The notes under the pieces were generated by a model. The model was not told the DNA's origin. It worked only from the letters and a program-made list of their open reading frames with translations, and did not search any database. Position numbers and translations under genes: made by a program. From a virus (Duplodnaviria; Heunggongvirae; Uroviricota; Caudoviricetes), in the IMG/VR virus record IMGVR_UViG_3300012943_000028, positions 96,001 to 160,000 of that record: a DNA stretch of 64,000 nt; one strand, given 5' to 3'. Of this stretch, positions 15,542-23,364 are shown one piece after another. The stretch's first letter is position 1; every line of letters starts with the position of its first letter.

Positions 15542-16798
15542 CTAGTCAACAGAGACTCGAATAGATGTCTCTCGTGTAATGTGGTGGCTCAATTCTTCTG
15601 GAGCCAGATCGGTTTTCACACCGTCAATTCCATCATGGAGCATCAGTCCAGTCTTGCCTGATGCTTCCCAAATCTTGTAGCGTGCCTCGCGCTCCCACGA
15701 AAAGTACTGCCTGAAGATGTCCTTCTGGTTTTGCTTTGTCGGCCTCTTGCCGGCAAACAAACAAAGGTCTCGACGTGCTGCAGCGAATTGGCGGGCAACT
15801 ACGGATAGCCGGCCACCAACAACTAGCCGTTCAGATGGCGTCATGTCAGGGCAGGCCTCATGAACGAGGCGCACTGCCTCCGAACGACCAGAGCCGTTCG
15901 TCATCATCGTCGGTGAGATGTTTGAACCATTGGCCAAGGCCATGATGATCTTCTTCACCTTGTCAATGTTGTCATCTGACGGCTCAAGCCCGAGAGTTCT
16001 GCACAGCTCAAGGCGGAAGGCGGTCTTGTTTCTATTGGCGCGCAGCAGCTCGGGGTATTTCAGCTCGAGGCGGCGAGGATTGCTCGCATACTTCTTCTCG
16101 AGCCGCTGCACGACAAATTGAAGGTAGGCGTTGTCAATGTCGACGGACGCCCCAAACATCTCACGACGCAGCCAGCTTGGCCACATCTCGATGGAACGAA
16201 TGGGCCAGATGGACTTGTCCCTCGCCATGAGGGTGCCAGCTGGCTCAAAGTAAAAGGTGATTGGTGACTGCTGCTTACAGAGCCACTCCACTGGAGCGAT
16301 GAGATCGTCTCGACCAGTTCTCTTAAGCTCCGCAACAACCCATGTAGCCTTTCCTGGCTGCACGTGAACGCTGCTCATTGTAAGCTTCTTGCACGTCGGC
16401 GCCAGCCCAGGTTCAAACACCACGTCATCACTGATGGCGGCGATGGCGTGCCACATCTTACGGTTGAGGCGGCGTGGCGTGATGATGGATGGAGAGCGCT
16501 TGTTGCTGTCGAAGTAGTAGCCGACTCTCTTGACAGTAAAGAAGCGCTCAAGGATTACCTTAGCGTCCTTTACCTGGCGTGTGAGGTTCGTGATGAAGGT
16601 CTCACGCTCGACAAAGCCCTCAGCTCCAGGATGGTTCTTGACGATGCGGTACCAGGCAAGGGCGATAGAGATGATGAGGCCTTGGCGCTGCTTACGCTTG
16701 CGCCACCACATTCCCTTGAGGGCGAAGAAGTTGCCGACGTACAATGGGTTTGAACGATCAAGCTCTTTTTCAATGTTGACAGGGTAGAACGTCAGCAT
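15542..16798 (-). CDS. minimal polymerase of the PolA/T7-RNAP superfamily (TV-Pol-like)
   Basis: Ordered motifs: A-like SVDIDNAYLQF, B-like VKKIIMALANG, C-like LMLHDGI near the C-terminus. No exonuclease domain. Confidence 0.55.
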   Translation of the reverse strand: MLTFYPVNIEKELDRSNPLYVGNFFALKGMWWRKRKQRQGLIISIALAWYRIVKNHPGAEGFVERETFITNLTRQVKDAKVILERFFTVKRVGYYFDSNKRSPSIITPRRLNRKMWHAIAAISDDVVFEPGLAPTCKKLTMSSVHVQPGKATWVVAELKRTGRDDLIAPVEWLCKQQSPITFYFEPAGTLMARDKSIWPIRSIEMWPSWLRREMFGASVDIDNAYLQFVVQRLEKKYASNPRRLELKYPELLRANRNKTAFRLELCRTLGLEPSDDNIDKVKKIIMALANGSNISPTMMTNGSGRSEAVRLVHEACPDMTPSERLVVGGRLSVVARQFAAARRDLCLFAGKRPTKQNQKDIFRQYFSWEREARYKIWEASGKTGLMLHDGIDGVKTDLAPEELSHHITRETSIRVSVD

Positions 16799-17298
16799 GA
16801 ACGAGCGAGAGCCTCAGAGTAGCGAGGTTCTGCGAGACCAGTCCCATATGCCCACTCAAAGCCAGAGTAGACACGGTAGCCGTAGCTGCCGATCTCAAGG
16901 CCACCAAGCTCGAGGTCAATGCCGTCGAGGGTGTTCACCTCAGTACCACCGAGAAACGCGTGGGCATCATACAGCACGTGAGAGAAGTCGATGGTGCCGT
17001 ACTCACACAACTCTACCTTGAAAAAGTATGGGTGATGGTGAACTGACTTCACCACATCGTCGAAGCGAAAGCACGGACCGGCCGAGACATACTTTCCAGG
17101 CTTGATCTTTCGGTTCACCATGAGGTCGATAAAGCCCTGCTCTGCCGAACCAACGAGATACCCACCGTGGCACTTCTCAAGCGTGCCTGGAAAGGTGACG
17201 GCCTTTATGTGCTGGTGAACTACCCATGGGGTGTCCACGTATTTGTAGCCGAGCTTCTCGTAGAACTTGATAGCGTCGGCGATGCGTTGATAATTCAT
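16792..17298 (-). CDS. stand-alone class II aminoacyl-tRNA synthetase-like catalytic core
   Basis: Motif 1-like LGYKYVDTP, GSAEQ, motif 2 GPCFR...FFKVE, EIGS and motif 3 GTGLAEPR; only 168 aa. Confidence 0.7.
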   Translation of the reverse strand: MNYQRIADAIKFYEKLGYKYVDTPWVVHQHIKAVTFPGTLEKCHGGYLVGSAEQGFIDLMVNRKIKPGKYVSAGPCFRFDDVVKSVHHHPYFFKVELCEYGTIDFSHVLYDAHAFLGGTEVNTLDGIDLELGGLEIGSYGYRVYSGFEWAYGTGLAEPRYSEALARSC

Positions 17299-17546
17299 GT
17301 TCGTGGTTGGCGGGTGCCGTCTTTGAAGGCTCGTTCAGTTACCTCTTGCATCTTCAAGAGGTCTTCAAGCGTGAATCCCATTGTCTCTGCAACACCCTTT
17401 GCGGCGCCGATGATGTCGGCGAGCTCACAGGCTGCCATGATCCTGTTGCCCTGTGCTATGGCATCTTCTAGCTCTTCGAGCTCTTCACGAATCTTCGATG
17501 GTTTTCCGAACTCACCGCGTGGAATCTGCGCTAGGTGGTAGCCCAT
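17295..17546 (-). CDS. MazG/HisE-like all-alpha NTP pyrophosphohydrolase
   Basis: KIREELEEL...ELAD acidic motif. Likely start is ATG 17546 (MGYHL). Confidence 0.7.
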   Translation of the reverse strand: MGYHLAQIPRGEFGKPSKIREELEELEDAIAQGNRIMAACELADIIGAAKGVAETMGFTLEDLLKMQEVTERAFKDGTRQPRT

Positions 17547-18027
17547 GGTGTTTTGCCAATGCACGAATGTAGGTAATGAAGTCGTCGAAGTTGTCAACGA
17601 GCCCAATGGTCGCACGATCGCAGATGATCTCGACATTGCCCCTGCGCCAGAAGCCCTGAGGGCAACACACGATCGTGAGTGGCCTGGAGTTTCCCATCCC
17701 AGCGATGTAGCCAAGCTCCATCAACGTGATCGGAGACTTGGTGTTGGGATCGAAGTAGAATGCGGCGATGTCACAGGTGTAGATGAGATTGTCCAGTTCC
17801 CAGTTCACCTGCTCGGAGAAACGAGGATCCGACATGGACTGCTTGATGCTGCTGTCCCAGTCATCACGCCGGGGATTGAAGAACACCACGCTCTCGTTGA
17901 GACACGCGGCCTTTACCCGATCTTGCCAACGCTCGGCGGTGTCCATCTCAATGGAACCGCCGAGAAAAACCTTTGGCCAAGAGTTGTAGTGGCCATCGAC
18001 CTGGTTTGGGGGTTGGACTTCAATCAT
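17512..18027 (-). CDS. nucleoside 2-deoxyribosyltransferase-like protein
   Basis: VFLGGSI, NPRRDDWD, QVNWE and FDPNTKSPITLMELG. Confidence 0.85.
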   Translation of the reverse strand: MIEVQPPNQVDGHYNSWPKVFLGGSIEMDTAERWQDRVKAACLNESVVFFNPRRDDWDSSIKQSMSDPRFSEQVNWELDNLIYTCDIAAFYFDPNTKSPITLMELGYIAGMGNSRPLTIVCCPQGFWRRGNVEIICDRATIGLVDNFDDFITYIRALAKHHGLPPSADSTR

Positions 18028-18033
18028 GCCGCT

Positions 18034-18042
18034 ATTCTATCA
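18034..18042 (-). promoter_or_regulatory. extended -10 promoter, probably giving a leaderless mRNA
   Basis: TGATAGAAT followed by 6 nt and then ATG 18027; no SD. Confidence 0.5.
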
Positions 18043-18306
18043 TCAGGCCTTGCCGGCGAGAACTGCCTGTGGACCTGCCTTCTTCATGCGCAGGTAGACA
18101 CCACGTGGAGACATCGGGTCGATCACACGGGCATTGCGGGCAACGTGATGAACGATCTCTACGCCGCTTTCGTCGAACTTGCCGGTCTTGATCTCACGAT
18201 CACCCTGCTTGACCGTTCCGTAGCGGGTCCAAGGCTCCTTGATCAAGTCCTTCTTCACCATCTGACGGACCAACATGCGGAGGGCTTTGGCTTTCTTGAG
18301 GTTCAT
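18043..18306 (-). CDS. small basic hypothetical protein
   Basis: ATG 18306 (MNLKKAKALR) with AAGGA upstream; overlaps the low-complexity tail of the resolvase ORF. Confidence 0.6.
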   Translation of the reverse strand: MNLKKAKALRMLVRQMVKKDLIKEPWTRYGTVKQGDREIKTGKFDESGVEIVHHVARNARVIDPMSPRGVYLRMKKAGPQAVLAGKA

Positions 18307-18877
18307 TTGTATTTTCCTTATTTTCGATTGGGGTACCATCGTACCAAAATTCTTTGAACTTGAGCATATCTTCAAGCAGCGCAATCCGAACACCATTTGG
18401 TTTTGTTGCATCATCTGCATAAACATGCATCATGCGACACACATCATTCGAGTATGGTAAGTTGATCCAGGCTGATGTTGCGCAGTAAATCGGGGTGTTG
18501 TTCCACTTGAAGATCAGGAGTGGCTGCTTACCTACCTTTGCAGAATCTTCTTCGGCTTCCCTCATCCACTTATAGATGTTGGCCTTACCGTTGAGAAGAG
18601 ATGGAAATGGATCGGGGGTTTTGTAGAACTTTGTTTCGATGCCCCACTTGAATTTCACACCCGCTTCACGCTCGTTCACAGGAACGACGTCGCCAACGAA
18701 CAACTTCAGTGCATCTGCACCGAACATCTGCCCGATAGTATCGAAGTTCTTGCCACCAACCCTGGCACCAGAACCCTGCGTTCTGATGAACTTCAACGGT
18801 GGTAGCGCAGCACCTAGAATCTTAGCAACAGTCGATTCGAAGCCGTTACCTTTCGCTTTACCGCCACCCGGTCTCAT
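18200..18877 (-). CDS. Holliday junction resolvase (PD-(D/E)xK, Hjc-like)
   Basis: KAKGNGFE...A, SGA, GDV, IETK and PLLIFK motifs. Confidence 0.8.
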   Translation of the reverse strand: MRPGGGKAKGNGFESTVAKILGAALPPLKFIRTQGSGARVGGKNFDTIGQMFGADALKLFVGDVVPVNEREAGVKFKWGIETKFYKTPDPFPSLLNGKANIYKWMREAEEDSAKVGKQPLLIFKWNNTPIYCATSAWINLPYSNDVCRMMHVYADDATKPNGVRIALLEDMLKFKEFWYDGTPIENKENTNEPQESQSPPHVGPSDGEEGLDQGALDPLRNGQAG

Positions 18878-19047
18878 TTTGGCTCCTTATCTAGAAGGGC
18901 GTTTTTGTGTTTACCAAACACAATGCACGCATCATTGATGAGTCGATTCTCATCAGTAGTAAGTCCATTATGATCGAGAGATTTGACTGGGCCGAATACT
19001 ATTTTCGCAGCCTCAGTCAAAAGCTCATTAAGCCTTTCATTTGTCAT
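18874..19047 (-). CDS. 57-aa hypothetical protein
   Basis: Below the ORF-track cutoff. MTNERLNELLTEAAK...DKEPK, with ATGA overlaps at both ends. Confidence 0.65.
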   Translation of the reverse strand: MTNERLNELLTEAAKIVFGPVKSLDHNGLTTDENRLINDACIVFGKHKNALLDKEPK

Positions 19048-19415
19048 GCAGCCATGTCCTTGGACAGAGCGCTGATACCGAGGAACGAAAACTCGGAAAC
19101 ATTGCCATCCTTGTCAATCTTACCAGTTCCCATTGGACGGAAGACGATCTCACCGGCGTCCATGAGCTGCTTCAGCGTCTCACCACCTGGTGTCTTGAGA
19201 ACCGTCATGTCACCGACGAGGTATCCATCTTCAACACGAAGGTTGTTGACAGCATGGGAAACCTCAAGGAGGTTGATCGGCTGCTTGAAATCACGATCGC
19301 CGATCGTTCCATGTATTGCGCCCTTCACGAGTGACACGGCTTCAGTCATTGCTGCGGTCGTGTAGACACGGCCGTTGCGGTTTTTCTCGTCGAGCTTTTG
19401 AATCAAAATCTTCAT
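19044..19415 (-). CDS. gp21 prohead-protease paralog lacking catalytic His/Ser
   Basis: NRNGRVY, INLLEVSH, LKTPGG and GTG align with gp21, but GELNHP becomes GTIGDR and GVSSRG becomes VFRPMG. SD GGAGGA precedes ATG 19415. Confidence 0.7.
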   Translation of the reverse strand: MKILIQKLDEKNRNGRVYTTAAMTEAVSLVKGAIHGTIGDRDFKQPINLLEVSHAVNNLRVEDGYLVGDMTVLKTPGGETLKQLMDAGEIVFRPMGTGKIDKDGNVSEFSFLGISALSKDMAA

Positions 19416-19633
19416 TGGTCCTCCGTCCAGCGCTTGCCGCACAACGTGCAGTCAAACTCTTTCCAGTAGCTGTCGGCAGATGGGTCGTAGTTGCCAGTGT
19501 TGGAGCGTGGTGTGATGCTCAACCCTTCCTTTGGGTGGGTGCACTCGGCCTGAACTGCAGCAAGTGCAGCGGTTGCATCTGCGATCATGCGCTTGGCATC
19601 ATCTGCTCGCTGCTTGATGGTTCTGTTGGTCAT
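19412..19633 (-). CDS. small zinc-ribbon-like protein
   Basis: ATG 19633 coupled to gp46; CTH...CTLC. Confidence 0.6.
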   Translation of the reverse strand: MTNRTIKQRADDAKRMIADATAALAAVQAECTHPKEGLSITPRSNTGNYDPSADSYWKEFDCTLCGKRWTEDQ

Positions 19634-21387
19634 GCGGCTTCCTCTAGCTCTTCTTGTCCAACCACCCTCGAGAAGCCGTGCTGCTTGCGGATCAACAATG
19701 AGTGATCGAAGCGGCCGACTGCCTCTGGGCGGTGCGAGATGATCCACAGCGCAAGGTCCTCATCACGTGACTTAGTCTTCAACAGCTTGAAGACGCTCTC
19801 GACACCTGGTGCATCAAGCGATGCATCGATCTCGTCGATGAACAGGCAGTTGACGCGAGAGTGCAGGTGGTGCAGCACGTCACGGAACGCCAGCGAGAGT
19901 GAGAGGTTGACGCGCTTCTTTTCACCGCTGGACAGGTTGCCGAAGTCAAGCTCACGTCCCATCTCAGCGACGGTGCAGCTCATATCATCGTCGAACTTGA
20001 CGATGTGCGGCAGACCAAGCTCCTTGGTGTAATGGATCAACCGATTATTTAGGAATGGAATCGTCCTGTTGATGATCCTACGGCGGATGAAGGAGTTCTT
20101 GTCGGTGAGCAGCTTGAGCAGGAACTGCTGATGGTCGGCCTCCTTCTTCAGGTGGTCAAGCTCCTCATACGAAATCTTCTTGACGGCCTGGTTCTTGAGC
20201 GCCTCGTAGGCGTCCTCATGTGGATTCTCGGCCGCCGCCAGCTCATTGATGCGCTGCTGTGCGGTCGTTGCAGACGTCTCAGCTGCCATGGCCTCAGCAA
20301 GGTTCTTGTACTTGGTGATGCCCTTGGCCTCATCACGCTGTGCCTCGGCGCCACGCCTCTCATCCTCGAGAGCGTCAAGCGCTGCCTTCAGCTCATCGAC
20401 CTTGAGAGACTTGTTGACGAGCAGCTGCTCCTTGGCAGCCAGCTTTTCCTGTGCGCCAGCGTATTTCTGCAGGCAGTATGGGCACTGATCATCCTTGAGG
20501 TGCGTCAGCTCATCAGAGAGCTTCTTAACCTCTGTCTGTTGTGCAACCCAGTCCTTGCGAGTGGCGCTGATCTTGCTACCGAGCTTGTCAATCTCCTTGA
20601 TCTGCTCAACGATGAACGTGTGCAGGCCCTTCTCGACCTCGAAGTCTACCGTCTCAGACAGCTCGAGCGAGCTCTTCAGGCTGACAATCTGTGTTTCACG
20701 GTCACGTTCCCACTTCTCAACACGGCCCTTGGCAGCCTCAAGCTGCTTATTGAAGACCTGAGCTTGTGCTTCCTGTTCCTTGATGACGGCTTCCTGGATG
20801 GCGATCGAGCCATCAGTGTTGCGGATCATCTCCTTCAGCTTCACGGCCTTTTCAGATAGCAGCGTGATGTTGAAGAGCTCTTCGATCTGGTTGCGCTGCT
20901 GAGAAACAGGCATCATGAGGAATGGAACCGAGTTGCCCGAGAACACCACGATCTTCGTGAAGAGCTCGTACGAGATGCCAACGATCTCCTCAATCAGCTT
21001 GTCATTCTCGGCAACCGAGTCAAGCGTGATGAAGTCGTTGTTCATCTGGATGTAGATGTTGTACTCCTCACCACGCTTACGGTGAACGATGTACTCGTCA
21101 TCACCCTTCGTGAAGCAGAGCTTCACCTCCATCATTGTGTTCTTGGTGGCGTTGGTAGAGTTGATCAGCTTCTGCAGACCAATGTTGTCGAACGGCTTGT
21201 TGTAGATGGCGTAGCAGATCGCATTGATGATCGTCGTCTTGCCAGCCCCGTTGTTGGAGCCAGTGTCGAGGTTCTCACCAATGATGAGCGTTGATCCCTT
21301 GCCGCTTAGGTCGATCCTCGTGAGGATGTTGCCGAAGGAAAGGAAGTTGCGGATTTCCATCCACTTGAAGGTTAGTGGTGTGCTCAT
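19630..21387 (-). CDS. gp46: recombination endonuclease ATPase subunit (gp46/SbcC/Rad50)
   Basis: NFLSFGN, Walker A NGAGKTT, zinc hook CPYC, signature LSSGEK, Walker B FIDE and ISH. Confidence 0.95.
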   Translation of the reverse strand: MSTPLTFKWMEIRNFLSFGNILTRIDLSGKGSTLIIGENLDTGSNNGAGKTTIINAICYAIYNKPFDNIGLQKLINSTNATKNTMMEVKLCFTKGDDEYIVHRKRGEEYNIYIQMNNDFITLDSVAENDKLIEEIVGISYELFTKIVVFSGNSVPFLMMPVSQQRNQIEELFNITLLSEKAVKLKEMIRNTDGSIAIQEAVIKEQEAQAQVFNKQLEAAKGRVEKWERDRETQIVSLKSSLELSETVDFEVEKGLHTFIVEQIKEIDKLGSKISATRKDWVAQQTEVKKLSDELTHLKDDQCPYCLQKYAGAQEKLAAKEQLLVNKSLKVDELKAALDALEDERRGAEAQRDEAKGITKYKNLAEAMAAETSATTAQQRINELAAAENPHEDAYEALKNQAVKKISYEELDHLKKEADHQQFLLKLLTDKNSFIRRRIINRTIPFLNNRLIHYTKELGLPHIVKFDDDMSCTVAEMGRELDFGNLSSGEKKRVNLSLSLAFRDVLHHLHSRVNCLFIDEIDASLDAPGVESVFKLLKTKSRDEDLALWIISHRPEAVGRFDHSLLIRKQHGFSRVVGQEELEEAA

Positions 21388-22418
21388 AGTCTCTGGTAGA
21401 TGTCAATCAAACGGGATGGGTCGATGGTGCTGGTGCCGGTCACGCCAGCTTGCAGCATGCCAACAACGGCGTCGTTCAGTGATGTGAGGTCGAAGTCCTC
21501 AATGCTCTCACCTTCAGTCAGCGCATCACGACGCTCGTAGAGGTTCTCCTCAAGAGAGAACTCACGAAGGTTTAACTCCTTCGTCATCTCATCACGCAGC
21601 GCCTGCGCATCTGAGTAACCAATCTCAGCGTCGATGATGCAGCGCACTCGACATTTCTCTGGGAACTCAAGCATGGAACCGTCGAAGATGGCCGACAGCT
21701 TCACCTTGCGGTACTTCGGACAGTCTTCCCAGTCGATGAAGTCAACCTCATCAGTCTCTGTGTTGAGGACGCACATGCCACGCTCGTCGTCCCATGCATC
21801 GCCGTAGTCCATTGGGAAGCAGTTGCCGATGTACACGACGTTGTCGCAGGCCTGACGCTTGTGGAAGTGGCCTGAGAAGATGTACGTCGGTCCTGCAAAC
21901 ATCGTGTGCTCAGGGCCGTGCTCCATACGGCGGTCTGAACCCGTGACGACGAAGTTGCGGAACTCGAAGTGACCCATCCAATATGGAAGGTTCGTGTGCT
22001 TCACGAGATCGGCGTACTCGTCCTTGAACATGAACGGTGCGAGCAGCAGCTTGTCCTCAATGACAATAGGATCGTTCACGAGGTTGATGTTCTTGAACTC
22101 ACCGAAAACCTTCGTCGAGTAGACGCTGCGGTTCTCACGGTGATAGAGGTCGTGGTTGCCGATGATGATGTACACGGGCAGGCCAAGCGAGTTCAGCTCA
22201 ATGAGCGCCTCATGGGCGCAGTTGAGCGTCATCACGTTGACTGAGTTGCGGTTCTCAAACCAGTCGCCCATGAAGACGACGCGTGAAATCTCTGGGTCCT
22301 TGCGCACGTTTGCGCAGAACCAACGCACAAAGTCCAGGCAATCCTGGTTGTGTTGCACGGAATTGTTCTTCTTGCCGAAGTGAATATCCGTGAACATCGC
22401 TACTTTCTTTAGCGACAC
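21384..22418 (-). CDS. gp47: recombination endonuclease nuclease subunit (gp47/SbcD/Mre11)
   Basis: DIHFG, GDWFE, GNHD, GHFE and SGHFH phosphoesterase motifs. Confidence 0.95.
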   Translation of the reverse strand: MSLKKVAMFTDIHFGKKNNSVQHNQDCLDFVRWFCANVRKDPEISRVVFMGDWFENRNSVNVMTLNCAHEALIELNSLGLPVYIIIGNHDLYHRENRSVYSTKVFGEFKNINLVNDPIVIEDKLLLAPFMFKDEYADLVKHTNLPYWMGHFEFRNFVVTGSDRRMEHGPEHTMFAGPTYIFSGHFHKRQACDNVVYIGNCFPMDYGDAWDDERGMCVLNTETDEVDFIDWEDCPKYRKVKLSAIFDGSMLEFPEKCRVRCIIDAEIGYSDAQALRDEMTKELNLREFSLEENLYERRDALTEGESIEDFDLTSLNDAVVGMLQAGVTGTSTIDPSRLIDIYQRL

Positions 22419-22420
22419 GG

Positions 22421-23230
22421 CTACTTCCTCTTGGCTTGCTTCTTTGCCTTTTTCTTGGCAACCTTCTTGAGCGGCTTCTTGACCACCTTCTTCGCCTTCT
22501 TTTTAGGAGGCGCTTCCACCTTCGGCTCTTCTGGTGGTTTTGGTTTGATGGTCAACTGCTTAGTGATCGGATCGTACTCGTACTCACTCGGCTTGTAGAC
22601 CTTCACTGGACCTGGGTTCATGTCCTTGAAGCGGCTCAGACGCTTATCGCCTGGCTTGCCAGGATCCATCATGGAGAACTGCTGTTGACCATACGATGGG
22701 TTGCGGACTGGAGCAACAGGCGCACCAGCATGGGTCTCTGGCATTGTGAGAACAGAACCCTCAGTCTCGAGGTGGTTTTCACCGCTGATCACCGTATCGT
22801 CTGACATGTTGATCGTTGAATCTTCGGCCTGCTTTCCAGCATTCTCGAAGCCATACGATGGGTTGAAACCCGACTCTACGAGGAGCGTGTCCCTGATTTT
22901 GCGATGGTTCTTCTCTTCCGCCATGTACTGGAGGAATGAGTGGTAGATGCCCGTCGTATAGTAAGCAAATGGATTGCTTGACTTTTCTGGATCGAACTTC
23001 AGCGCATTGTTGCAGAGGTTCGTGACAGCAGACGCCACCATATCCTCACGGTACGAATACCCGATAAAGTTGCCCTTATGGGAGTACCGCTCAGCAATCA
23101 TCCAGATCATCTTGATGAGCTTCTCGGTTACCTTGCCAAGCTTCTTAGCTTCAATTACGGCAGGTAGGAGATCAGCATTTCGTACGTAGTGGCCTTCAGT
23201 AGAAGTACTTTTGGCTCTTTTGATTTTCAA
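22421..23230 (-). CDS. gp55: late-transcription sigma factor, T4 gp55-like, with Lys-rich tail
   Basis: HYVRNADL, NFIGYSYREDMV, KFDPEKSSNPFAYYT and EEK. Probable TTG start at 23230 after SD GGAG and a sigma70 promoter. Confidence 0.9.
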   Translation of the reverse strand: MKIKRAKSTSTEGHYVRNADLLPAVIEAKKLGKVTEKLIKMIWMIAERYSHKGNFIGYSYREDMVASAVTNLCNNALKFDPEKSSNPFAYYTTGIYHSFLQYMAEEKNHRKIRDTLLVESGFNPSYGFENAGKQAEDSTINMSDDTVISGENHLETEGSVLTMPETHAGAPVAPVRNPSYGQQQFSMMDPGKPGDKRLSRFKDMNPGPVKVYKPSEYEYDPITKQLTIKPKPPEEPKVEAPPKKKAKKVVKKPLKKVAKKKAKKQAKRK

Positions 23231-23269
23231 ACTATGTCTCCAGGACGTTGACGCCAGGAGATAGAGTGC

Positions 23270-23298
23270 ATTATACACCATACCGCTGGCTGGAAAAC
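23270..23298 (-). promoter_or_regulatory. sigma70-type promoter for the gp55-gp47-gp46 operon
   Basis: GTTTTC-N17-TATAAT, the same geometry as the GTTTAC promoter at 2683-2711. Confidence 0.6.
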
Positions 23299-23326
23299 TA
23301 CTGTCCGGTGAAGCTACCCTGATTGA

Positions 23327-23332
23327 TAAATA
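23327..23332 (+). promoter_or_regulatory. late promoter core TAAATA
   Basis: Start of the rightward tail operon, about 33 nt before ATG 23365. Confidence 0.65.
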
Positions 23333-23364
23333 CCTTGCTCGACAACGCAACGTCAGGATTCTCA

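Noticed and set aside
17545-18357. 270-aa plus-strand ORF, and many other antisense or alternate-frame ORFs in the track (for example 4671..5228, 20131..20859)
   Set aside because: They shadow well-supported genes on the opposite strand, have no SD or motifs, and are expected from strong codon bias.
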